DNA of 64,000 nucleotides from Tubulanus polymorphus (lineage: Eukaryota; Animalia; Nemertea), in contig NC_134026.1 of assembly GCF_964204645.1 (NCBI RefSeq), positions 10,129,950 to 10,193,949 of the forward strand. The letters run 5' to 3'. Position numbers and translations under genes: made by a program. The notes below the pieces were generated by a model. The model saw only the letters and a program-made list of their open reading frames with translations. It did not search any database and was not told the DNA's origin. Shown here piece by piece: positions 37,380 to 49,124 of this stretch. Each line of letters opens with the position of its first letter. Position 1 is the first letter of the stretch.

Positions 37380-38015
37380 TATTAATATTGAATACAAAAT
37401 GATGAATAATGATTAAATTGATAATTACAGTGAACCTCAGTTAATTTGTATTGCTTTGGAGTGTCTTAATTGTTGATTTTAGGTAGACAACTTATTAGGG
37501 TCAATGACTTTAATAACGGTTAGGCCAATAATTCTTTATCTTTTCTAGCTCATTTGGTCAAAGGAATCGAAGATCTGCAAATCCAGAAAAAAAGCGACGG
37601 ATACTTGTCCTCCAGAAGTATGCACTAGTTCAACAGGGAAGGGACAGTGGATTGCATTAGATTTCGGTGGTCACTGGTATCACAAAAAAAATTTGTGTGG
37701 TTATCAGTTACTCTATACAAACAATTGATCAGAATCAATGAGAAATGGAATTGATTGATTGATTGATTGATATTTTATTTACATAGAACATATACAATAA
37801 TACAGTATTACATATACTGTACATATAATATTGTCCAACATAATGAATCAGTGTAATGAAGATATTGTCAAAATGAATTCTACGTACTATTATTATTCAA
37901 TTATTTGCTATTTGCTTTTGAGAATTATTCCATGGATGTACATGATGTCCATAAGTTATGCAGCAGACTCACGGACAGAATAGAATTACAGCTAACGTTT
38001 CTGTCATCCTACATA

Positions 38016-38110
38016 CTGTATTCTCCCGGGCAAGCGCCCCCTCTACTGTAAACGCCCCCACCTGTTCTTTGGAGATGAAGGAAACTCCATGGTAAATGCC
38101 CCCCACCAAA
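38016..38110 (+). mobile_element. pogo/Tigger-like left terminus
   Basis: TA followed by CTGTATTCTCCCGGGCAAGCGCCCC, then repeated TAAACGCCCCC motifs typical of pogo ends; possibly belongs with the 41.2-42.0 kb fragment. Confidence 0.45.
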
Positions 38111-41100
38111 CCGCCCGTGTGTAAAATGCATTATTGACTTCGTTGACTAAAGTCGACGAAGTCTTTATAATGGTCTGGAGACCTTTTCGGAAGTAACTCG
38201 CTCACAAAATGCAATGCACGTAAACTTGTCTTATGTACCGAACACTTTCGTTATGCGATTAGTGCCATTTAAAACTTTACCGAAAAATGATAAAACGGTG
38301 AAAAGATGAAACTGTGTAACGTTCCAGTTATGCAGTAATTAGCAGTCAAAGTTCGGTATTTTTACGCGAATATATGTTCCATCCGGAAAATGAATACCTC
38401 ATTCTGCGGAGATCACTTGGGCTCTTTCAGCTAGTCACTGCTCTTCAAGGGGGAGGCCGTGGCCTGCGTGATCATGCTTGCGACGTCATTGTGAGAAAGC
38501 TGCGCTCTGATTGGTTGTTGACGGAATACCAGGGAATACCCTCAGCAGCTGGGGTATTCCCCAAACAACCAGTTTAGCTGAACAAGAAATTGCACAAAGG
38601 ATACACGCCATTTTGACGTCTTGGGTAAGATTTTGCTGAATATGGTAGAACTATCTAATGTAGTGTAAGAATCCAGTTAAGTATGGCAATGTTGGGTCCA
38701 ATGTTCATGGAATTCTGACTTTGATTTATTCTGTCAATATATTAAGCACGAAAATTCTTACGACGAAAAGTAAATTAAACAGCCTGACAACTGTGGTGTT
38801 AGCTGGTGTTTTCTGTCGATTTCTAGCAAAAAACCGCCATTTACCTAGGCTAATGATCAACGGAGCTACATCGATATCAAAGTATGCAGCGTAATTTTTA
38901 ATTGCATGTGATTTATGTTAAACCGCATTTGTGTGCCCTTTTAATAATCGTTATGTAGCCACTACTATAGGGGGTCCCATTATTTTAGTTGGAACAGCCT
39001 GTAGTCGGTTTTTTAATATATTTCCTTAAAGTCATTATGTTATATCTAATTTTTCTATCATTAAATGTTTGATCTTAAAGTAAAATGTAAAATCTGTTGG
39101 TTCGTGTTGTCTAGTTTTCATAACAGGCAGTTGCTGGATTTAGTTCACTAGTTTAAACATATTCAAGTTTTATGAGGTCGCTGGCTCATGTAGCCTTGGT
39201 GGTAATTATTATGAGATGTGAATTTTGACACGTATTTGCTGATGCAATTTTTACCAGAAGCTATGGGGTTCACAAGAATTTCAATTATCTTAATCTCATA
39301 AAGAATTCATTTTTCTAAAATAAAGAGGAATATTAGGATTTCACATTTATGTGGCGGGAGTTTAATACATTAGTTTTATTTTTGGTAAGTTCTTTTTCAT
39401 CATTTTAGGGGATAAACTATCTAATTTTTGACTAGAATGGATTTTTGAGAGATTATTTTTAAGGGAGCCCATGCAGGAAGTTGGGCGTGGATAGTTTAGA
39501 GAGATGGAGACGTTTTTGGGATTTCGAGAAAGGAGGAAGCTCAACTCGAGCTCTCCTGCAATTTTGAGTTTTTACAATAAGTAAAACTTGATACATAATT
39601 AATATAAGAAATCTATTGTGGCAGTTGTCATAATCGCCACAAACTTTTTTACTGATTTTTTACTGATTTTTTAGAACTTCTAACGGGATTGAATTTTAAT
39701 CATTACGGAGTGGTGTTCGTGATTCGAAAATGATTCGGTAGGACACTTGTTATTAGTGGATATTAAAGTTTTACAGCCACTGAAGCTTAACCAGCTTGGC
39801 GACAAAAAAAGCATTGTAAAACTGTGTTTTTCTGCGTACCAAACTCTGCGTACCACCCGTGGACTTTCATCATCAGAGTGGTATTTGCGTGTTGTGCAAA
39901 TTATAAATTCGACAGTTAAAATTTATGAACCTTAGAAAAAAGAACTTTAATTGATCATTGACTTACATTTAAGCTAATTTGATTTGATTTTTATTTTTCT
40001 CATCTAATTTTCGTAAAAAGGGCCCCGTTTATTTTCATTTTTTCTTCTAAGTACTTAAGTTAATTTGTCTTTATTTTGTCTTTGAATTATTAATAAATTA
40101 CTTATCTTGCATTTATATATCTAATCTACGAATTACTGCTTTTTTATTGTTGTTCAGGACTCATGCCCGCATGGTGGCATAGTTTTTATTTAAGGCAAGT
40201 GCGGTTACAATTAATTATCAAATTCAAATTTCAACTTAATCTATTTCGCCTGGGAGACGATCTGCTCTCAGCCCTATATGGGCCTATGTAACCATAAAAT
40301 GAGTAAAATATTTCCATTTTTTTCAGATTCATTGTTCTCAATCTCTGCTTCAGGATTCCTGCTTAGGTGAGTTTTTTTTCAGTATTTCTCTCATTTCAAT
40401 ATGGGACGGGGGCAAGTTATTGTGACAGTTGTCGTAGACTTGCATGGGGTTGGGGGATGAATGAAAATGGCTTGGCCGGGTGGGAGCGTCTGCCCAAATT
40501 TTTCTAAGGTCTTAAGATTTTTTTTGTAACCAACGCCAACGGTAACTAGATCATGGGGTTTTCCATGGACGGCCTAATAGATATCCTAACTTGACAAGCC
40601 CTGACAGTGTATTGAAACTTTGGTACATTTCTATTGTTTCAGATTTGTCAAATGGATGTTGAATGATACGTACAATCCCTATCTACACGAGACAGTGCTT
40701 TCTATTCATCTATACTACAGCAAACACCACTTTCCTCGGAATAGCTTCAAAATCGATACTCCACTGGAGTAAAGGCATTTCCTATCTAAACAACCTAGTG
40801 GTACCAGCACGTGCAGTAGTGATAGATCGGACATTGAATTTCCCTCAGATTGCACATTTTACTCTCAATGGACTCACTGTTTGTCAACAACTAGTTGGCA
40901 ATCAAACTGTTGTGCATTTTGAAAAATATAGAGCAGCAGGACAATTTTGATCTAATCAAACATGTTTCATTCAGCTACCTATCTTCAATAAAAATAAAGA
41001 GCATTATTCAATGTTTATTTTGGTGTGACCATAGAATTTGTTGTACAAGTTAGTTAAAATGTCCAAGCTTATTCATAGGAATTACCAGTGAAAAGTTTCA

Positions 41101-41189
41101 GCTCAAGTGGATCTTTGAGCAAATAAGCCCAGAAAACAAGCATATTTTAAGACAGTATTGAATTCTCCGATTTGACATACCACAAAGTA

Positions 41190-41977
41190 CAAACAATGTC
41201 CAAGGAGAGAACTGTAATGACCATCCGTATAGCATCCACCGGAAACGAGAAACGTGGTTTCACAATATCCTAATGCACATGAGCTAGCCGTCACAAGGAG
41301 CCAGCTTACATCGTTTTTAAAGAGACTGGAGGCGAACTGGGATCGCGTGTGCGAGGTGGATTGCGTATTCCAGACAACGTTAAAGTCACTGCTACGCGAA
41401 ACGCCAAACGGCTGGATGACGAACGACTGCATGATTTCGTGGTATTGCCATGTCTGGGGTTGTAATGTCGATGTTGTCCGCCGCCCGCTAATTTTGGATC
41501 GTGTGACAATCCATACCTCTCCTGTCACACTAAAGTGCGCCGAACATGTCGACACTGACGTAGTTTTGATCCCGGGCGGCTGTACATCGTTCGTCCAGCC
41601 AGCCGTCAGGTCATGTGTAAAACCGTTCAAAGACCGGTTACGCGAGCAGTGCATTAGCTGGATGCAGCAGCGTCTGGAAAACGTGAAGTCGACAAGGCAA
41701 CATGTGATCGATTGGGTCTCAGCAGCATGAGATGGCGTCACTTGCACTGTTGTCCGACACTCATTCAAGATCACCGGTATATCCAATTCGCTGGATGGAT
41801 AATCTCATTGATGAGCGGATTCTGTACGACGATCGCGATGAAGTGGGTGAGGAAGAAGTCGGCATCCTGTTTGATAATGACGGTGATCACTCAGACGTCG
41901 AGTTTATGGGATTTGGTGACAGTGGCGAGCCTGCAATAGATTCTGTTCAACAAGACCATAGTACCTCCCCGAAGTGA
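41190..41977 (+). pseudogene. pogo/Tigger DDE transposase fragment
   Basis: TPNGWMT..LILD..H..IPGGCTSFVQP..VKPFKDRLR..VIDWVSAA, with an acidic tail ending EFMGF. Confidence 0.85.
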
Positions 41978-42129
41978 GTGAAACTCCTTCTGCATAACGT
42001 GTAATCGGAATTTCAAATATGGATCGACAAAATTAGCAATACCGAAGATATCAGCGAAAGCAGGATGACATTGATACCTACCGTAACTTTTGTTGCCATA
42101 GATGGAACTACGGACAAAAATTTGAACTG

Positions 42130-42435
42130 GTGAACGATAATTGGAGAAGGACTGATAAAATGGACAAAAGCGACCAAATGTGCACAAGATGTGGTAAGTG
42201 GGAATTAGCCTTACGACATAAGTGCCCCGCCAAAACTGCTCAGTGTAAAGCTGGCCACTTTTCGCGCTGTTGCTTAATTAGAATGAAGAAGGAACAATTA
42301 AAGATTCAAAAACAACTAGGACCAATTAAATTGCAAAAATCTGATAAACAAGAGACTAGGGATACAAATAGAGCAGTTGAGCATTTCAATCAAACCGTGC
42401 AGGCAGTGACCATCTTTCAAAATCGGCGAAAATGA
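42130..42435 (+). pseudogene. LTR-retrotransposon (Gypsy-like) gag zinc-knuckle remnant
   Basis: CTRCGK..H.CPAK.AQC.KAGHFSRCC, a double CCHC-like knuckle. Confidence 0.55.
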
Positions 42436-42957
42436 GCTGTTAGCTTTAAAAAGTGTTGATGAACTGAAATCCAAAATCAAAGTACTCAATATCAAAATTG
42501 ATGAATTAAAAATCATATGAAGCCAATAGGTTGAACTCCAATGCTAAAACAAGAGATCTATGCGCAATATTACAAACAAATTTAGAAACTTCAGAGCAGA
42601 TCCAAACAGATTTGAACTGTAAATTAGCCCTACTAGAAAATGAATAAACAGTCAAAAACCAACAGGCATTCGGCCAAAGCAGCCTTACTCAAAACCTGCA
42701 ACAAATGCTTAGAATAACAGAATCCTCAGTTTCAGATCTAAAGGCTACAACATCAAAACTTCAATCTCAGTTAACTGAAAAGAAGAACCTTCTCACACAT
42801 ATTCCATATAGATTCCTAAAAACATTTACATGAAGTTGTTTTAACGAAAAAAAAAAAAACTTTTGTAAGATCTCCACTGTTTTGTTTACTCTGACCACGT
42901 GTAATGAGCAGGTCACGTGAGTAAACGTCAGCGCGAGAAGTTACTTTGTAAACAAAC

Positions 42958-43625
42958 ATGGCGGATACAATTAACAACGTTAGCAACAGCGATGAAAGTT
43001 CAGAAAGTTCAGAAGATTCTTTGTCAGGTAATAATTATATTGAAAGGGAAGACAGTGAGTCGGGCAGTGAATTATCTGTGGAGACTGTAAACGTGGCAGA
43101 ACCAATTCTAGATCCATATTTATATGAGCCAGATGCATCCGACTCGGAAGAGGGCGACCGACCTGATGACAGGCCGGATAGACTATATAGATTAGACGCG
43201 TATCGCCACGATGAATGGCAATGAATAACTATTGTTTAAAAAAACTATTCATAATAAGGCCAAATATTTCATTCATGGCACTCCTAAGAAAAAGTATTGT
43301 CTAACTAACAGTACACTATTATTACAACGTGGTGGGCCTATTACTCACTGCTCACAATATGTTATTGTCATCGAACTCAACAATAGTTGTTGTAGTATGT
43401 TACTCCAGCGAGGCGTAGCATACATCTTTGTGTTAGCTAGTTTCTAGGGATGTTTAACTTTCAATTTGCAGACTGAACATGGTAATTCAAAATCATTTTC
43501 TCTTTCCTAGGTGTCATTGCTCTCATTGCCAGATATTGGACACTGAGCCCAAATGTATCAGCTGCCATGAGGGTTACCGAGGTCAAAAATGAATTAGACC
43601 AGCTTAATGCAAGACCAGGAGACGA
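42958..43625 (+). pseudogene. KolX / P2X7-ballast-like Cys-rich protein remnant
   Basis: Acidic exon with PYLYEP ending in W, then an exon after the acceptor at 43510 reading CHCSHCQILDTEPKCISCHE (W-C.C..C..M.T..E..CC.E pattern). Confidence 0.65.
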
Positions 43626-43749
43626 GTGATATTGCCTGCATGTATCGTGTCATGTATCAGGGCACATTTCCCAAAAGAAGATGTTCTCGTAGTATTTCAT
43701 GTACTTTGAGGCTCTGGTTCAGCTACACTTGGCTGAGTCGCATCATAGA

Positions 43750-43902
43750 CCATCACTAGCCTCTTTCTTTTTTCAAAAGCTGAACGTCCTTTCTGCATTT
43801 TCGGACTCAAAAATTCTGCTTTCTGAGGCGATTCAACAGACTTCGACACAACGGAATCATTGAGATGCAAAGTTGGTACAGAATCTTTCTTTAATCGAAG
43901 AC
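43750..43902 (-). pseudogene. THAP-domain C-terminal exon of a Kolobok-like transposase
   Basis: Minus strand after ttcag reads LRLKKDSVPTLHL..GRSAFEKK (THAP AVPT box plus an RSAF motif), convergent with the KolX-like remnant. Confidence 0.6.
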
Positions 43903-44339
43903 TGAAGTAAAAAATGCATCATAATAGTCAGTTGTTTCCAAACTAATTAAAAGTCGCCTGATTATACATGACACACTTAGGCCCAGGTCACTCGAAAGTG
44001 AATTGAATATGATTTGTTTCAAAAGCTGTAGAATCAAGGCATTCAGTTTATTTTATGGGATTGATGCTTTTAATATACAAACCTTTTAGCAAAACCAGCA
44101 TTGTACTCAATGTTATTGTCGAAGGCCTCTGTTGTGAAATATTTTCTACAGAGCACACTTGATGACGAAGGCTTCCATTGTGCTTGCTTTGTACTCACAA
44201 AAGCAGTCCATACTCTAGCAATATGGAACACGGGGCCATTTGAATAACAAGGAATCTTGTGTACTATAATTGTAGTACACACAACCCCGTGGCATAGTTT
44301 AAAATTGTTTTAAAATCTTTTTATAATCACTGTATCTCC

Positions 44340-46011
44340 TGTTGTTATCGCTATCTGAACGAGGCTGATAATACTTCCGGGGTGCACTTAAGCTGCACTG
44401 GTCTACCTGGTTTTCAATTGTTTAACCTTGTCACGACTCATAGGAAGTACCAATGTATGAACTGTACCGATATTCCATCGGATCTCAAATTTCTCCAGCA
44501 GCCATTCCCGGTAAACGTTGCTGTACAGCCATGTGCTGATTTCGCTGTACAGACTGAAGAACTGTCGTCAACATGTGTTGCCATTCAAAGTGATGAGATA
44601 TCGCTACCTCCGTGTAGGGCTATCACTGGATTAAAAACCTCAAACTGTGGAACCCAAACTGATATCATCACTGATGGCCTAACTGAGACCCTGATGATGT
44701 CGAACGCTATCCTACAGTCGACTGTCAGAGAGTTTGAGGCAAAGCTGCTTCAAAGACTGATGAATGCCAGTCTTGAGAATGAAAGATAGAAGCTGGAGCT
44801 TGCAAATAAATAGATTAGCGAACTTAATAACCGTATTGCGAAATTAAAATCCGAGAGAGCAACCAGCTCATGCTCTAATTGTAATGTGCTGAAAAACACT
44901 CTCACTGAGAAATCTGATGAATTGAACCGCATAGTCGAGAAATACACTTCCGAGATTTGTCAGCTCAGAGAAGAAATTCTCCTGAAAGGGGAGGTTGTGT
45001 TAGAGCACAAACAAACTTCAGATGAACTGTTCTTGGATCTTGCGACAGCAAACAGGTCGTTAAAAGAACATGTTAAAGAGATTGATGATCTTCGTCGTCA
45101 AATAAAAGCATCCAACGAGAACAAGAACTTAAAAAAGCGAGAAAGACTATCTCTGACCTGATGAGTGTCACAACATAAAAATGCAACTATCTGCTGAGTC
45201 AAGCTCTGAGCCATTCAAGCCAGTTCTGAATAATAAACGACGTCAACAATGGAATACGAATACCGAACCAGGAGTCTGTCCCTCGGTATCACCGGTTCGG
45301 AAAACCACCGAAGTCACTGATGTTCTTATCGTTGGAAATTCCCATACCCGACGTCGTGTGGCATCAAAAATGTTCAGACACAAAAAATGCGACGTCTCGA
45401 CACCATCTGATAAAACTATTAGGGGTGCAATGAACTACGTAACGTCGAGTCGTCAACGAGTGATCATAATTGTTTTACACGTCGCGGATAACGATCTAGC
45501 CAATCTCTGTTTTACAGAAATGGAGAAACTAGTTAATGCCTGCAGGGAAACCTTCCCAGATGCGAAAATCTGTATCTCGTTGCCTCTGTCGAGAAACTGT
45601 GCAAGCTACAATAAGACCTGTGCTGATTATTCTACCTCTGTAAAGAAATTGGACAGGATTCATACCATTGAACACCATTTGGATCGTAAGTTATTTGCTG
45701 AGGATGGAATTCACCTCTCTGGACCTGGCGTCGCTGCTTTTGTGAGAGGCCTCAAAACTGTTTTGAACCCTCTTCTTGGACTTAATCCGACCAATTATAC
45801 CAGACCTACCGAACATAGGCCTACCAACAATCGCACTCAGTTCCGTGGAAATATTCGATATAATTACAACTCTCGTTCATCCAACTCTCGTTCCGTCCCG
45901 AATGACAGATTCAACAAACCTGGCAGATTTTCCGGTAACCACTCGTCCAATAACCGAGGTCGCGTGCAGTTGATGGATCTCCTCAATGCATTTATGGACA
46001 ATCGTTATTAA
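44340..46011 (+). pseudogene. CR1-group LINE ORF1 (PHD, coiled coil, SGNH esterase), disrupted
   Basis: HLSCTGLP..YQCMNC (PHD half), a heptad-rich region, and SGNH-like blocks IVGNSH, LHVADND and DGIHLS. Confidence 0.85.
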
Positions 46012-46247
46012 CTGCTCTACTGTAGACCCGTTCAACACAACCGACATAACTGTGTGTAAACTCTACTAAGACACATCGTTGTCTTCTTAAGTCTCGCATG
46101 TGTACCCTCGAAGTGTATTCTTATTTTGTTATATTTTCTCATCGCTTCATTTTATCAAATGTTATTTTTCCTTCCTTTTACTTTAATTGCCAATTTTATG
46201 CATAATAATGTTGTAATATCGTGTTGGAACATAGATGGTTTATTTAA

Positions 46248-48182
46248 AACAAGAGCCCCAAGGGGCACAATGGCCAGCCTGTCAGATTTGCTTTTTATAA
46301 ATGATGTAATCTGTGGGTTATATTTATCAATATACACTCCCTGCTCAATATCATTTACATAGTAAAATCGTGTGTTAACACAGACAGCAGGAACGAATGT
46401 AATATAGAAATACTAAATTATTGTATTGTTCAACGCCCCCTGGTGGCCATAAAAAAAACCAATGAGCTTGAAACTCACCTCGATCATAGAACATGTCATG
46501 AGCTACAACTTTCCAATTGATTATAGTAGCAAAATATGCTTAAGTATCAATTATGATGTGGAAAAACTTTTTTTCCACCTAGGAATGAGTACTGATGACC
46601 CCAAGATGGCTGCCAAGTGCGTCATAATTGCCTGGTCAAAAATACCCTCTCGGATATAAAAGATCCCTTTCCAAAGAATACCCATTACAAATTGCAATGA
46701 AACATGGCGCACCATTAGAAAGCTACAGTACTCAGAATTCAGGCCAGGCCAAAATTGACATTTTTGGGAACAAAAAAGGTCACAGTACGGCCATCTTGGG
46801 TACGATCGACTCAATTTTTCTCATGCCGATGGGCCCTCGGGGGATACAAATATATACGAATGATCAAGGTATTAAACATTTTTTGGCAGAATAAAATTTG
46901 ATTGAATTTGCAATTCGGGGACATGGCTAATTAGCATATCAAGGTCATACACCCGATTTGGTAAAACCTTTTTTTCGCGAAACTTGCGCAATTGTCAAGG
47001 ATGAATTTTCTGTAGAGCAAATAAAAATTCCTCCCAAACACCAAATCAACTAAAGATTTCATAGAAATCGATCTTGAAATACAATTTTAAATCTTAAAAT
47101 AAAACCCGGAAGTAAAACAGTAGACGATACCGCGGATTCACGTGAACACCTGATTTCTGTAAACGAAATGTTGGTTGTGACAAAATTGTTCAGACGGTTT
47201 TAGGTGGTAATAAGTACGGAAACGTAACGACCATGGTCGACTTATTCGATGAAATCAGGACTATGTGATATCCAAATTTTGACTTTTTTATTCTCCAGAC
47301 CTCCCTGATATAGAAATAAAAAATTTTGGTGGTACGAAAGTGCAATCACAGCGCCGTCGGGGACAGAGCCGTGTCAGAGATCGGCGGAGTGAAAATTGAG
47401 GTGGACGAACACGAAGAAGTAGGCTATTGCGCTACTTGAATCACGAAAACTCCTGGCGCGGCCCCGACGCTTTTCGTTGATTAAGTAATACAAATATCAT
47501 GCAATGGGTTTTCACAATCTACCGCTGGTATTTACCGGATTTCAATATCACTCCAAAATTCAAAGAAACCTCGAAATATCGAACCGGAACACTTCCGGTA
47601 GATATCCGCGGCTGCCCAACCGGGAAACTTATTTGTTTCAATAGATATTGATAGGATCCATCATCTTCACCCGTCAAGGGATTCGAACCCACTAAGCTAA
47701 AGCCATGCCAGAATCGGGTCGGGCCAATCACAGCGCTTGTAACAAACCACATTAGGCTTCTGTGGAATTTCCCAGTAAATGGGCCAATCAGCGAACACGT
47801 AGCGAACGTGGAAGTATTGTCGCGTGTTGATACATGACGTCATGCGCAAAAGCGCCAGTAATGAAATCGCGATAATTCACGTGAACAGCTGCTGATATTT
47901 TCAGATAAACCAATCACAGGGAAGACAGAAACTTCCTGATTGGCTGATACAAATTGAAATTTTCCCAATTTAACTTTCGTGAAAAATGCAGAAAACATTT
48001 TTATGAGACCCTATTTCAAAATTCTGCTCGCTACGATTCCGAGAATGGATTACGCTTAAATACGTGATTTGTTCGAATATGCCCTCACTTGGCAAGCAAA
48101 AGAGCCTTTAGTGTGGAAACCATGTCATTTAAATTCGCTCCATTTGTATAGTAATAGGCTCAGCCTACGGCTGGCCTAATAA
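46248..48182 (-). mobile_element. non-autonomous Helentron (HINE/DINE-like), copy 1
   Basis: On the minus strand it starts TTATTAGGCCAGCCGTAGGCTGAGCCT and ends GGCTGGCC..GCCCCTTGGGGC-TCTTGTT: sub-TIR pair plus a 3' hairpin, T-rich ends and no TSD. Near-identical to 49125-51508. Confidence 0.85.
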
Positions 48183-49124
48183 TAGGGAGTCAACGTACCT
48201 GTAAATTTGATGACCCTCTATTTCAAAACACAATTAACATTTTGATATCCTTGGCTTAGTTGAAACGCATTGTGGCCCTAATGATACACCCTCGTTACCA
48301 AATTATGATGTCGTCTGGACACACCACAAAAAATCTATGAATGCTAACCGATTTTATGGTGGTATAGCTGTATGTATCAAAAAATATCCGTAAAGGTGTT
48401 AAAATACTAGATAGTTCTTCCTCAGAAATCCTTTGGATTCGCCTTCTTAAAGAATTTTTTCATCTAAATGAGGACCTTTATATATCTTTTAGATATGTTA
48501 GTAATACGGCATTCGCTAAGACAAATGACAACATTTTTGACCTCTTAGAAGATGATATTTGTAAATTTTCCAAGTCAGGTCAATTGATTATTTATGGTGA
48601 TTTTAATGCACCTGATTATTGCCTTGATGATGCTCCTTCGGTTAATCAACTATTGCATAATTAGGGTTTTCTGTTACATCATCCGGTCGATGAACGTGGT
48701 ACCCAACTGCTATCCCTCTGTAAATCTTCAGGGTTGTGTATTTTGAATGGACGCACCCTTGGTGATTACCAAGGACGCTTTACCTGTTACAGCCACTCAG
48801 GATCCCCAAGTGTTATCGACTATGTTTTATGTCCCATTGGACAAATCGATAATATAGATCTATTACCGTAAAAACCGGCGTATAAGTCTACCCGCCATAT
48901 AAGTCGAGGTCGAATTTTTAAGCCTAAAATTCACGATTTCAACAAATATCCGCCCTATAAGTCAAGTCCCTTCCTCGGAATAAATCTTTCGTCAAGAATT
49001 GTTCAGATACATGATATTTGACGGCAGAACATCGACGATGAAGAACCAATCCTGGGGAAATCCCAGTACCCGGTGAATGGAAAATGAAGATTAAGAACTG
49101 AAACTCCAAAATGAATGATATATG

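Noticed and set aside
47676-47700. GGGATTCGAACCC (reverse tRNA B-box), also at ~51005
   Set aside because: No cloverleaf or A-box can be built around it; at most a SINE/tRNA relic within the HINE.
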